Origin: an uncultured Gammaproteobacteria bacterium
GTDB taxonomy: Bacteria > Patescibacteriota > Patescibacteriia > Magasanikbacterales > GWA2-37-8
Assembly (NCBI GenBank): GCA_964596525.1
Contig: CAZQUL010000001.1
Coordinates: forward strand, 601,956-665,955
Reading direction: 5' to 3'
DNA length: 64,000 nt
The position numbers and the translations under genes were made by a program. The notes beneath the pieces were generated by a model that was not told the DNA's origin, ran no database searches, and saw nothing but the letters and a program-made list of their open reading frames with translations. Of this stretch, positions 18,729-28,632 are shown piece by piece. The stretch's first letter is position 1, and each line of letters starts with the position of its first letter.

Positions 18729-20420
18729 ATGGCACTACCTAAGAAAATTTGGAAAACATCGCAATTCCATAAAGGCATCTCAAACCTTAATGCCGAGGGC
18801 ACCTTTTGGTTTTCCAACGGCCTGGAATTTGATCAGTATCCGCCATATTTGAAAGTGGCAAATAAATTTTTTAAGGAAAGCGACAGTGTCAGCGTGCCGG
18901 GACTCGATGAGCCGACCTATATGTGTTATTTCAATTACCGATACTACTGCGTCAATCACGATGACGGGAAAATATTTGAAAACGATTACAGCAGTTGGGT
19001 CCAAGTACACGACAGCGTGAACATCTGGGGAGGAAGCGGATTGTACGCCGATGACGACTACATGTACTACGCTGGCAGTACTTGGGTCGGACGCTTTGAT
19101 AAAAACACATGGGTGGACAACTGGCAGTCGTTCAACGTGAACACCGCCTTTGACGATGTTCCCATTACGAAGTTTTTGAAATTTATTTGCTTCGGAAATA
19201 AAAACTATCTGGCCACGTGGGACACCGGTGCCAGCGTATGGAATCCAAACAAACTGACCTTGCCGACCGGGTATGTGATTATGTGGCTCGCACCGCTTAC
19301 TGACTATCTGGTTATTTCCGCCCACCATCCGACATTCGGTTCGGCTTTATTTTTCTGGGACGGCTATTCGCAGACTTATAATCGAGTCCTGCAATTAACC
19401 CAAACGCAAAGTCTTGCCGGAGTGGTCGACAAGAATGTCCTGTACTTTCTCACAAGAGACGGCTGGATTTGCCGATTCAACGGGTCCGGAATTGAAAAAC
19501 TAAACCGTTTTCCGGAAATGAGCCACGAGGACTACATCTCACTTAAAGCCGGATGCATGAAAGTCTATCAGGGCACCATTCTCATAGCTAAAGGATCAAA
19601 CACTTACGATGTGAGTCGCAGAAACCAGTATTGCGGAATTTGGTGCTATAACCCAGCAACGAACGCCCTCTATTTCAAACACCGAGTATCAAGCGGTGCG
19701 GTTAACCATGTGACTCCCGGAGTGGCGGTCATGTACGGACTCTTTGTCGACAACAATACGATCCGGGTGATGTACAGCGACGGCAATAAATCCATCATCG
19801 ACGTGAATCACGAGACCGGAACATTCAGACCTTACGAATTCGGGGCGTATTGGATCAGTCCATTAATCGACAACGAACCGTATCTCCGCAAGAGGTGGAA
19901 ACAGTTTATTTTGAACTTTTTTAAGCCGATGCCAAACAGCAGTTTTGCCCGGTTCGAGATCAAATACAACATCACCGAGCAAAACATAAGAGATCAGGCG
20001 AAGTACGTGACTGGTGGTAGCTATGATTATTTTACGCTGTCATCGATACCCAGCTCATTTGAACTTGGTGATGAAGTGATTGTTCTCGCCGGTCCGGCCG
20101 CTGGACAGATACGACACATAAAAAGCATAGACACTGTGACCAAGACAATCTATCTGGACGAGAGTTTGTACTATTCCGGTGCCTCACAGGGATATTTGCA
20201 AGCCGGAGATTATGTGGCGATCACGCCTTTCAAAAGACTCGGAACAATTAAGGGAAACGAAAACCAAGGCAAGGTAAATAAAATGCTTCGGTTTAATGCG
20301 AGGTCGAAAAAAATTCAATTTAAGGTCGAGGTCTGGAGTAACTCCGGGTACTCTGGCGAATGGGACATGGGAGTAAAAGACGTATCAGCTGTTTTTGTCC
20401 CGGACAGAATAATCAAATAA
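18729..20420 (+). CDS. Tail nozzle/stabilisation protein (beta-propeller-like)
   Basis: Aromatic-rich beta protein with FFWDG and KRWKQ motifs; follows the adaptor as in podoviruses. Confidence 0.65.
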   Translation: MALPKKIWKTSQFHKGISNLNAEGTFWFSNGLEFDQYPPYLKVANKFFKESDSVSVPGLDEPTYMCYFNYRYYCVNHDDGKIFENDYSSWVQVHDSVNIWGGSGLYADDDYMYYAGSTWVGRFDKNTWVDNWQSFNVNTAFDDVPITKFLKFICFGNKNYLATWDTGASVWNPNKLTLPTGYVIMWLAPLTDYLVISAHHPTFGSALFFWDGYSQTYNRVLQLTQTQSLAGVVDKNVLYFLTRDGWICRFNGSGIEKLNRFPEMSHEDYISLKAGCMKVYQGTILIAKGSNTYDVSRRNQYCGIWCYNPATNALYFKHRVSSGAVNHVTPGVAVMYGLFVDNNTIRVMYSDGNKSIIDVNHETGTFRPYEFGAYWISPLIDNEPYLRKRWKQFILNFFKPMPNSSFARFEIKYNITEQNIRDQAKYVTGGSYDYFTLSSIPSSFELGDEVIVLAGPAAGQIRHIKSIDTVTKTIYLDESLYYSGASQGYLQAGDYVAITPFKRLGTIKGNENQGKVNKMLRFNARSKKIQFKVEVWSNSGYSGEWDMGVKDVSAVFVPDRIIK

Positions 20421-20424
20421 ACAT

Positions 20425-20616
20425 ATGGCTAAATTCACTTTGGAAAAAATAGATACCGAAAATGTAAAAAAGATTGACACTCAGGAGTCAGTCTCAATCG
20501 TGAACGTTCCTGCTCTGCAAAAGCAGAAAGAGGAAATAGAAAAACAAATCACCGCTATGCAAAAACAACTCGTCCAAATAAATGAGGTCTTGGACGAATA
20601 TAAAAAACTTCCATAA
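20425..20616 (+). CDS. Small coiled-coil phage protein
   Basis: In operon with 4-nt and 2-nt spacing to its neighbours. Confidence 0.6.
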   Translation: MAKFTLEKIDTENVKKIDTQESVSIVNVPALQKQKEEIEKQITAMQKQLVQINEVLDEYKKLP

Positions 20617-20618
20617 AC

Positions 20619-20825
20619 ATGAACGACACACCAAACAATAAAGATCAGCCGTTTGATCCGAATCTGGGTTCGATACTCAACCTGCTCAGAGATATTCCGG
20701 TGTTAAACACACCGCCGTCCGATACGCCAAGAACCCCGATCAGCTTCGCTTTGTACGATAACGGAAGTACGCGACGCTTTTATATCTTTTTCAACGGAGT
20801 GTGGAGGTACGCAACGCTAACTTAA
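20619..20825 (+). CDS. Small phage tail-associated protein
   Basis: In operon; C-terminal RFYIFFNGVWR. Confidence 0.6.
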   Translation: MNDTPNNKDQPFDPNLGSILNLLRDIPVLNTPPSDTPRTPISFALYDNGSTRRFYIFFNGVWRYATLT

Positions 20826-20831
20826 AAAACT

Positions 20832-22172
20832 ATGTCGCAGATAACAATACAAAAAGGTCAGACCCTTTCGGGAATCGCCAAGCAATACGGCACCACCGTA
20901 AACGATCTTCTGAAAGCCAATCCGACTATCAAGAATCCGAACCTGATATACGCCGGTTCTGCCTTAAATTTGCCCGGATCGCCAACTTCACCCGTTGTTG
21001 CCCCTAAGGCGAGCGTTCCGAGCCCAAGTCCCACCGTGACACCTTCTAAACCCGTAATACCCCCTGTTGCCCAAAATTCGAGCCCAGGGACGAGCGGTGT
21101 TCCTGAAAAGACCACGCTGTATGGAACTGATGTGCCTTCCAACACCTCTTTGCTCAAACAATACCGGTCCGAACTAGGCCTTGATACTTCCTTAAAGAGC
21201 ATGCAAGACAGCCAGACATCCTATCTCGACACTCTCAAGAATTTACCAAAAAAGTCTGATATCTACCAACAGGAGAGAACGAAAAGAGGAATCGATACGA
21301 TGGAAAAGAATTTGCAAAGCTTGGATAACAGGCTGGCGACAATGGAGGAAGCGATCAATAGTTCGGAAAAGGATATCAGAGACAGAATTGTTGGAAGTGG
21401 CGGACTCGTCACCGAAAGCCAAACCCAAAGATTGGTCGCTTCGGAAAAGCAACCGCTTATAGACGAATACAGAAAACTGCTCAATGAAAGAAACAGGCTT
21501 GCAACTCAAATGGGCACTGCCGAGACATCGGCAAAAGAAATTGCCGGTATGCAATATGAGGATTCAACTTTGCCTCTTACTGTCGCCGAAAAAACTCTCG
21601 GATTCCAGAAAGACCAATACAGCGTACTTGGTAACCTGTTAAGCCAAGTATTCGGTGCCTCAGAAAAAGATGTTGCGAACCTGATTGATTCCGCCAAATA
21701 CGGAAAAGAGCAAGAAAAGAAAGAAGCTCAAGACGTTATCGATCGAGCCATAAAACTTGCCCAGCTGGCCAATGATACTCCAGCCGGAACGGTGCTTGAT
21801 ATTGCCGGAACGAAAGTCTTAGGTACAAAGAAATCATCAGGCAGTGGATCGGATGGCGGTTCGGCGAGCGATGTCGAAGCGTACGCATTGGAACTACTGA
21901 ACAACCCGAACTTCACAGCAAGCAATGTCCCTCAGAACATTCGAGCTCAAGTCCTTCAAAAACGAGATCAGATCATAGCTGAAGCAAATACTCAACAGCA
22001 AGCAGATGCGGAGGCCGCCCAAGCACTGAAAGCGAGCCAGCCAAAGATAACAGCCCAAGACTTCGGTGCTGGGGTCAAAGATGTATTCACTCAAAAGATT
22101 CCGAGCCTTGCGAAGTCCGGATACAACACAACCAAGAACTTCTTCAAGGGTCTATTCGGCATCGGAAATTAA
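20832..22172 (+). CDS. LysM-domain virion/ejection protein
   Basis: [37 protein letters not shown] LysM domain, Pro-rich linker and coiled coil. Confidence 0.85.
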   Translation: MSQITIQKGQTLSGIAKQYGTTVNDLLKANPTIKNPNLIYAGSALNLPGSPTSPVVAPKASVPSPSPTVTPSKPVIPPVAQNSSPGTSGVPEKTTLYGTDVPSNTSLLKQYRSELGLDTSLKSMQDSQTSYLDTLKNLPKKSDIYQQERTKRGIDTMEKNLQSLDNRLATMEEAINSSEKDIRDRIVGSGGLVTESQTQRLVASEKQPLIDEYRKLLNERNRLATQMGTAETSAKEIAGMQYEDSTLPLTVAEKTLGFQKDQYSVLGNLLSQVFGASEKDVANLIDSAKYGKEQEKKEAQDVIDRAIKLAQLANDTPAGTVLDIAGTKVLGTKKSSGSGSDGGSASDVEAYALELLNNPNFTASNVPQNIRAQVLQKRDQIIAEANTQQQADAEAAQALKASQPKITAQDFGAGVKDVFTQKIPSLAKSGYNTTKNFFKGLFGIGN

Positions 22173-22178
22173 AACGCT

Positions 22179-24986
22179 ATGGCTTACATTAAAGACCTTA
22201 AAACTGGAAAGTATATAAACACCGGATCTGCACCGGCCTCTCCTCCACTCACAAGATCGGCACCCGGTACTGCCATTAAGTACCAAAAGAATGCCGAGGG
22301 AAAGTACGTAACGACTGAAGTTGAAAAACCGGCAGGAAAACCGAACGTAACAACAGTCGAAGGACTGCGAGACTTTGCATTGCAAAATAATGTGGATGTC
22401 TCCTCCACTCAACCAAAAGAATCGACGTTGCAGAAAATTCTCCACGTACTCAATACCGGAGGATATGCTGTCGGCGGTCTTATAAGCGGAAAAGGGATCA
22501 TGGCCGGAATCAAAGAACACATCCAGCCGTCTGAAGCCCTCGGCATTAAGAGCAAGGTCGGCGGATTCATTGCCGACATTCTGCTTGATCCGACAACTTA
22601 TCTAAGTTTCGGCTACGGTGCCGGTGCAAAGCTTGCGACAAAAGCCGGAACAGTAGTCCTCAGTAAGACCGGAACCTCACTGCTCAAGAAATCTATCTTG
22701 GAGCTTGGCGAGGAAGGTGCGAGAAAAATGCTTGCCAAAAAGGTGCTTGAGGAAGGTGGCGAAAAGTTTTTGGCCAAGGGCGGTCTGAAATTTGCCGGTA
22801 AACAGATACTTCCACGTTCGGCCGTGACTGCACCGTTTAAAGCCGCAGACTGGCTTGTGGAAAAGACTCCTGTGGTCGGGAAAATATATGAGGGTGCAAA
22901 AGACTTGGCCGGAAAAGCATTTGTACCATTCAAGAGCATCAAAGATCTGCCCGGACGAATTGGCGAGGAATACATCGATAAATTTTCACAATTCAACAAA
23001 GCAACACGGTCCGAGATTGGAAAGGCTGTTGAGGAGGCGTCTGCATTGGGAAATACTGCCCGAAAGGAACTCGGTAAAGATTCCGGTACGGCTGTCGGTC
23101 GCATGATTGAAGGAATGACCGAAGCTCCTGCAAAGATTGCCGGTGGAATTGATCAAGTCGCCACTGCTGGCAATAAAGTAATTGACGACATCATTGGCCA
23201 CATTCGAGGAGAGCATAAACGTTTCGCAAGCCTTGAAAAAGAGCGAGGACTTTTGGAATTTGAATTGCCGGATTATTTGCGTCACTACCTGACACCGGAG
23301 GGTCGCGACTTTCTACAAAAGAATTCGGATGTTGCTGAGGAGCTAACAAAGAAAATGAGAGTCAGCACTCCATTTGCGAAATCTCGAACGCTTGATGACA
23401 CGATCGTGAACATAAACAAATACTTCCGAAAGACTCACGGCGTGAAGTTGTTTGAACAAGATGCATTCAAAGCATTTGCCGGACGTAAAGCCGAGCACAT
23501 CAAAGCTGTGAATACTTACGATTTCCTAACAGACGTAGGAAAACAATTCGGCAAGCAAGGCGAAGTGATAACCAAAGAATTCAAACATCCAGTGACCGGA
23601 AAAATGGCCACAAAAGAAACAATTAAACCGATTTATGAAAACGGCATGCGGTACATTGAAAGCACCGTGCCTCAACTTAAAGGCGTGCTTCTGCCCGAAC
23701 AGATCGTGAAGCATGTCGAGGAAACTTATAAGGTGCTTACTCATGACGAGGCGACAAAGAAATTCCTCAAAGTTTATGATAAGGCACTCGGCTTCTGGAA
23801 AGGATCAGTCACCGGGTGGTTTCCTGCTTTTCATATCAGAAACTCCATTGGTGGAATTTTCAACAACTGGATTGCTGGCGTGACGAATCCTACCCGGTAC
23901 CTCCAAGGCGACCAAATTGCCCGGGGAGTTAAGGGAATGATCACGACCAAGCTGGGTACAAAGTATTCATACCAAGAAATAAAGGAGATTGCCGAAAAAC
24001 TGGGAGTCGTCGGTCAGCCCGGTTATTTGGATGTGATGCGTGAAGTCGAAAAAGATATTGGCAAAGGGCCGATATCAAAATTGATGGATCTGCCCAAAGG
24101 TGCGATGGAAATAACAGAAAACCGATTGAGATTGCCACTCTTTGTTGATCGACTGATTAAGGGTGACGCACCGGAACAAGCTGCGAAATCGGTATTCCAA
24201 TTCCACTTCGACTACGCTCCTGAAGCTCTTGCACCGTTTGAGCAAAACATTATGAAGCGACTGTTGCCATTTTACCGATGGACACGAGGCAATATACCGC
24301 TTCAGCTTGAACAGATGGTTAAACAGCCAGGCAAGTACGCCGCTCTTGGCAAATTCATTGATAACATCCAAGTCGACAAAGAAAAAGCCAAAGAGGAATT
24401 CCAATACCTACCGCCTTATATGCGAGAAGGACTACCGGTCCGACTTGGTGAGAAAGGTGGATTCTCACAATATCTTTATGGTCTTGGTCTGCCGGTCGAG
24501 GATATTAACCGACTTTACAAAGGAAGTCCTCAAAGAACCTTGGCCAGCTTTGTCGGTGAGTTATCGCCATTGCTTAAATATCCGATAGAAGCCGGAACCG
24601 GACAAAATCTGTTCACTGGCGAGCCAATTATCGAAAACAGCCGAGTGTATCCGTTCGTGAACGCAATACCCGGACTGCGAGACTGGCTGGAAGTAACCGA
24701 ACACAAAGACAAGAACGGCAACGTGAGTTATCGGGCTAATGCTTATAAGCTTCACTTCTTAAATACGGCATTGGGACGTTTCTACACGACCGCCGGTAAG
24801 CTTACAGACGATAAGACATCAGGAGCCGTGAAATTCCTATACGGTCTTGTTGGAGCAAAAGCTAAATCGGTCGATATGGAAAAGGAAAAGTTTTGGCGAG
24901 ATCAGGAAGTGAAAGATCGACTTGAACAAGCATTGGAAAGTAGAGGTCTGATAAACCAGTATGAGCGTGCATACGTTCCGAAATAA
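22179..24986 (+). CDS. Large internal virion (ejection) protein
   Basis: 935 aa. DILLDPTTY, PAFHIRN and FDY...PFYRW motifs are seen in podoviral core proteins. Confidence 0.65.
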   Translation: MAYIKDLKTGKYINTGSAPASPPLTRSAPGTAIKYQKNAEGKYVTTEVEKPAGKPNVTTVEGLRDFALQNNVDVSSTQPKESTLQKILHVLNTGGYAVGGLISGKGIMAGIKEHIQPSEALGIKSKVGGFIADILLDPTTYLSFGYGAGAKLATKAGTVVLSKTGTSLLKKSILELGEEGARKMLAKKVLEEGGEKFLAKGGLKFAGKQILPRSAVTAPFKAADWLVEKTPVVGKIYEGAKDLAGKAFVPFKSIKDLPGRIGEEYIDKFSQFNKATRSEIGKAVEEASALGNTARKELGKDSGTAVGRMIEGMTEAPAKIAGGIDQVATAGNKVIDDIIGHIRGEHKRFASLEKERGLLEFELPDYLRHYLTPEGRDFLQKNSDVAEELTKKMRVSTPFAKSRTLDDTIVNINKYFRKTHGVKLFEQDAFKAFAGRKAEHIKAVNTYDFLTDVGKQFGKQGEVITKEFKHPVTGKMATKETIKPIYENGMRYIESTVPQLKGVLLPEQIVKHVEETYKVLTHDEATKKFLKVYDKALGFWKGSVTGWFPAFHIRNSIGGIFNNWIAGVTNPTRYLQGDQIARGVKGMITTKLGTKYSYQEIKEIAEKLGVVGQPGYLDVMREVEKDIGKGPISKLMDLPKGAMEITENRLRLPLFVDRLIKGDAPEQAAKSVFQFHFDYAPEALAPFEQNIMKRLLPFYRWTRGNIPLQLEQMVKQPGKYAALGKFIDNIQVDKEKAKEEFQYLPPYMREGLPVRLGEKGGFSQYLYGLGLPVEDINRLYKGSPQRTLASFVGELSPLLKYPIEAGTGQNLFTGEPIIENSRVYPFVNAIPGLRDWLEVTEHKDKNGNVSYRANAYKLHFLNTALGRFYTTAGKLTDDKTSGAVKFLYGLVGAKAKSVDMEKEKFWRDQEVKDRLEQALESRGLINQYERAYVPK

Positions 24987-24990
24987 TCAC

Positions 24991-25218
24991 ATGGATAAAA
25001 ACTGCTACCAAAACCAAATACAAGATGAGCGTCTCGATCGGGTAGAAAAAACCGTAAACGAAATTAAAGACAATCATCTGGTGCATTTGCAGACTGACCT
25101 GACAAAAGTAGGGACGGATGTCGACTGGCTCAAACGGTTCTTTTGGATTTTAGCAACAGCATCAGTGGGAGGTCTGATAACGGCATTAATTAACTTATTA
25201 ATTTCTGTAACAAAATAA
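24991..25218 (+). CDS. XhlA/holin-like single-TM protein
   Basis: Coiled coil, NHLVH motif and C-terminal TM; just upstream of the amidase. Confidence 0.6.
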   Translation: MDKNCYQNQIQDERLDRVEKTVNEIKDNHLVHLQTDLTKVGTDVDWLKRFFWILATASVGGLITALINLLISVTK

Positions 25219-25219
25219 T

Positions 25220-25735
25220 ATGGAACTTAAATCATCAAACATCAAATACTTGATTGTGCATCATTCGGCAACAGCCAGAGATACAACCACGTTTGAAGCG
25301 GTCAAAAAATATCACATCTCAAAAGGTTGGGGTGATATTGGATACCATTTCTTTATAACCCCCGAGGGCAAGGTACTGCCCGGACGAGCCGAAAATGTCG
25401 TCGGTGCTCAATGCCAAGCAGATAGCATGAATTTCAAATCATTAGGAATCTGCCTGCCGGGAAACTTTATGAATGAGGTGCCGACTACCCAACAGTTAGC
25501 ATCCTTGCTGAATCTGCTTCAAAAGCTGATGTCAAAGTACAACATTCCGAAAGAGAATGTCCTTGGCCACCGTGAGGTCAATGGTGCTTCGACAGCCTGC
25601 CCGGGAGATAATCTCCAAAGATGGGTAACCAGCTTCAGGATGCAAAAGAGTGAGGCCGATAACCGGTCCATGATCGCTGAGCAGGTCATGAACCACTTAG
25701 AGCAAGCAATCGATAAATTAAAACAATTACTATGA
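25220..25735 (+). CDS. N-acetylmuramoyl-L-alanine amidase (Amidase_2) endolysin
   Basis: IVHHSA, GWGDIGYH, GICLPG and GHRE...TACPG motifs. Confidence 0.93.
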   Translation: MELKSSNIKYLIVHHSATARDTTTFEAVKKYHISKGWGDIGYHFFITPEGKVLPGRAENVVGAQCQADSMNFKSLGICLPGNFMNEVPTTQQLASLLNLLQKLMSKYNIPKENVLGHREVNGASTACPGDNLQRWVTSFRMQKSEADNRSMIAEQVMNHLEQAIDKLKQLL

Positions 25736-25950
25736 ACCCAGCACATAAAGAAGCTTTAAAGCACCTTGTCATCGTCTTTCTGTATTCCGGAGTCTCATCG
25801 ATCCTGCCGATCGTTTTGGCCTACGTCCAGAATGATCCTCGTTGGGCATTGTTAATTCCGATCATAAACTCCGCATGGTACGCCATAAGCCGGTATCTCA
25901 AAGAAAGGAAACTGATAGAGGAGGCCATACTGAGAGGTGATGAATTTTAA
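25732..25950 (+). CDS. Putative holin (2 TM)
   Basis: 72 aa with two hydrophobic helices and a charged tail; overlaps the amidase. Confidence 0.6.
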   Translation: MNPAHKEALKHLVIVFLYSGVSSILPIVLAYVQNDPRWALLIPIINSAWYAISRYLKERKLIEEAILRGDEF

Positions 25951-26024
25951 GCTAAAATAAGCAATTTACGATTTAATAGACTTTCTGGGCGAAAGCCGGA
26001 ACCTCAAAATAGCTAGGATTTGCC

Positions 26025-26166
26025 TTGTAAAATCCCCTTAATTGGCGTATAATTTTATCAAGTTTACTGAATGATAAAGTCCTGGCTGGTTCAAAGTTCG
26101 GGACATCCACACCGCACTGTATATTTAGTATCGGATGACTCAAGAGCCCTGTTTTAGGGGCTTTTG
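26025..26166 (+). ncRNA. Promoter-bounded ~105-nt structured RNA/leader with terminator
   Basis: TTGTAA-N17-TATAAT (26025-26053), two stems, then terminator AAGAGCCCT/AGGGGCTTTT (26142-26165). Confidence 0.45.
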
Positions 26167-26223
26167 TTATAGCCAGAGAATTTCTGTGTTAAAATGGATA
26201 ATCTGACCAAAGTATTTAAAAAT

Positions 26224-26655
26224 ATGGCTGATGTCTTTTCCAAAGAAAAGCGAAGCCAGGTGATGTCCTTAATCCGAGCTAAGAATACCAAGCCAGAATT
26301 GGCCCTTCGTAAATTAATCAGCACGGCCTTCTATCCTCTTGGCTTTCGCTATCGGATTCATTATAAAAAATTGCCTGGCAAGCCGGACCTAGTTTTCGTT
26401 TCACAAAAGATTGCCGTTTTTGTCGACGGGGCTTTTTGGCACGGATATACCTTTAGAAAGATAAAAAACAGGCTGCCTAAGAAATATTGGCGGGATAAAA
26501 TCATGTCCAATATTAGACGGGATAAGCAAACCAATCGTGCCCTCAGAAAATTAGGATGGAGAGTTATTAGAGTATGGGATCATGATATAAGTAGGCATTC
26601 CGATAGAGTTTTAAATAAAATCTCGGCCGTCATTAATGCGCGAAAGACGGTCTAG
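26224..26655 (+). CDS. vsr: Very short patch repair endonuclease
   Basis: MADVFSKEKRSQVMS.IR.KNTKPE, LPGKPD, FVDGAFWHG and LGWRVIRVW. An alternative start lies at 26194. Confidence 0.93.
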   Translation: MADVFSKEKRSQVMSLIRAKNTKPELALRKLISTAFYPLGFRYRIHYKKLPGKPDLVFVSQKIAVFVDGAFWHGYTFRKIKNRLPKKYWRDKIMSNIRRDKQTNRALRKLGWRVIRVWDHDISRHSDRVLNKISAVINARKTV

Positions 26656-26700
26656 ACCTAAAAAATATTATGTGTAAAAATAAAGCAAGTACTCTTTTCC

Positions 26701-27510
26701 ATGAAATCGAATAAGCTTCCAAAACCAAACAGCCCTGAGCTGACCTCAATTTTGAAGGGGACCAAGGCTAGGGCTATATATAAGACTCTGTTTGAGAATA
26801 AAGAAAGACCTTTGACGATGTCTGAGATCAGGCTGTTTTTAGGGTTAGAAGCAGGAGAGCAAGAACACCTGAACCGAAGGATGCGCGAACTTTATGGATT
26901 CTTTAATATAGTGCGGTCCAAAAGAGGCAGTGATACTGTGTACCGTTTAGATTCTGTATCCGAGAAACCCTATCAAACGACTAGCAGTATTTCAATTAAA
27001 ACTAGGGCATGGGTCCTGCGCGATCAAAGGTGCGCTCAATGCGGACGCACTCCTGTCGAAGACGGAGTAAAGTTGCATGTAGACCACATAGTTCCCAAGG
27101 AATGGGGCGGAACGGATGATCCTGAGAACTTGCAAGCTCTCTGTTCCGAGTGCAATGAAGGTAAGAAAAATTTATACTCGAGTTTCAATAAATTTGGAAC
27201 TAAAATCAAAATTGCTATTAGTTATGATGAGCCTCACAAAAGAATCGGTGAACTACTAAAGGCTTTTGACGGGCAGCCTGTGCCTTCTGAGCTGCTAGAG
27301 ATAGTGGCTAAAGCCAAGCAGTATCAAGATGATTGGCAAAAAAGGATGCGCGAATTAAGAGAGCTTGGCTGGGAATATACATTCGAGAAACGGAAAGAGG
27401 GCTCGAGGTTCAAAACTTATTTTACCCTCAAAAAATTCGCTCCGTGGCCTGAAGGTAATATTAAGGCTGAAATAAGAAAAAGGGAGCTCCAAAAGAAAGC
27501 ATCTCTTTAA
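26701..27510 (+). CDS. HNH endonuclease with wHTH domains (putative cognate restriction enzyme)
   Basis: CAQCG...LHVDHIVPKEWGG...NLQALCSECN; convergent with the C5 methylase. Confidence 0.8.
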   Translation: MKSNKLPKPNSPELTSILKGTKARAIYKTLFENKERPLTMSEIRLFLGLEAGEQEHLNRRMRELYGFFNIVRSKRGSDTVYRLDSVSEKPYQTTSSISIKTRAWVLRDQRCAQCGRTPVEDGVKLHVDHIVPKEWGGTDDPENLQALCSECNEGKKNLYSSFNKFGTKIKIAISYDEPHKRIGELLKAFDGQPVPSELLEIVAKAKQYQDDWQKRMRELRELGWEYTFEKRKEGSRFKTYFTLKKFAPWPEGNIKAEIRKRELQKKASL

Positions 27511-27520
27511 AAGAATTCCG

Positions 27521-28495
27521 TTAGGCAAAGGTTATTTTTTCCTTTCCTAAGAAAAGAGCTTCTTTAATAGCCTTTCCTACCGCCTCAGCAACGGGCGGAG
27601 GGAAAGCATTTCCTATCTGCCGGTAGGCAGCCGTCTTTTTTCCGTAAAATTTCCAATTTGAAGGGAATCCCTGTATAACAGCCGCCATTTCAATCGTAAG
27701 CCGGGGTTTTCCATTAAAATCTGCTGCTGGTACTGAGTCTGCTATGCCTCCGCCATCGACTCCCAATGCAGCCCAAGCGGCCTTTGCTCGAGTTGGGCCT
27801 AGGTCAGCACCTCCGTGTTTCTTTGATCCTCCCACAAGCGTCGGCGCCACTTTTGAGGCCCGCAGCTTCCACTCTTCCGCGCCTTTCCATCCCTGGCTAG
27901 ACATTAAAGCGTAAAGGGCTTCGCCGACAGTTAGTAGTTGATTCTCATTTCCTGTCGGCCATTTGAAATATTCGGCATAAGGTTGCTGTAAGGCAACCAT
28001 TAAAGTTCTTGGGCGTAATTGAGGAACTCCAAAATGAGCCGCATGTAGCAGTTTCCACTCTACCTTATAACCAATTTCTTCCAGCTGTCGTGAAATTTCT
28101 TCTCTATAATCTCTAAATTTAGGATCTAACAACCCTCTTACGTTCTCAATCATTACTGCTTTTGGCCTAGTCTTTTTTATAAGTTTCAGCGCAGCAGGAA
28201 ATAGGTCTCTCTCATCTAAATGCCCCAATTGTTTTCCAGCTTTTGAAAAAGGAGGACAGGGCACTCCGCCCGCAACCAGATCGACCTTTCCTTTGTAAGA
28301 TTCGCCGTCAAAATTATTAAGGTCTTCTTGGATTACATTCCACTGCGGACGATTTAATTTCAGTGTCGAACAAAATTGAGGTTCGATTTCTACAAGAGCG
28401 ATATGATCAAAACCCGCACGTTCAAGGCCTATGGCTTGGCCCCCGGCTCCGGCGCAAACTTCTATGGAAGTTAATTTTTCTTCTCTATGTTTCAT
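27521..28495 (-). CDS. DNA cytosine-5 methyltransferase (M.NaeI/NgoMIV-like)
   Basis: CAGAGG, GGVPCPPFS, ENVRG, PQLRPR and QIGNA motifs. The TRD APTLVGGSKKHGGADLGPTRAK resembles GCCGGC-specific enzymes. Confidence 0.92.
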   Translation of the reverse strand: MKHREEKLTSIEVCAGAGGQAIGLERAGFDHIALVEIEPQFCSTLKLNRPQWNVIQEDLNNFDGESYKGKVDLVAGGVPCPPFSKAGKQLGHLDERDLFPAALKLIKKTRPKAVMIENVRGLLDPKFRDYREEISRQLEEIGYKVEWKLLHAAHFGVPQLRPRTLMVALQQPYAEYFKWPTGNENQLLTVGEALYALMSSQGWKGAEEWKLRASKVAPTLVGGSKKHGGADLGPTRAKAAWAALGVDGGGIADSVPAADFNGKPRLTIEMAAVIQGFPSNWKFYGKKTAAYRQIGNAFPPPVAEAVGKAIKEALFLGKEKITFA

Positions 28496-28632
28496 AACAT
28501 CTTGTATCACGTATAGCTTTAATTTTTTCTTTCTGAAAGACTCAAGTTTTCTGGAGGATCGACTAATTTACGATTAATCTTATCTAGGTGCTTCTCGATT
28601 ATAGCCTATAAGCCTTCTTTTTTGAATGTCTT

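Larger units (their letters stand above)
5333..25950 (+). mobile_element. Podovirus-like prophage packaging/morphogenesis/lysis module
   Basis: About 22 co-oriented, tightly packed genes: terminase, portal, scaffold, capsid, fibres, adaptor, nozzle, internal proteins, amidase and holin-like genes. No tape measure or tail tube gene. Confidence 0.9.
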
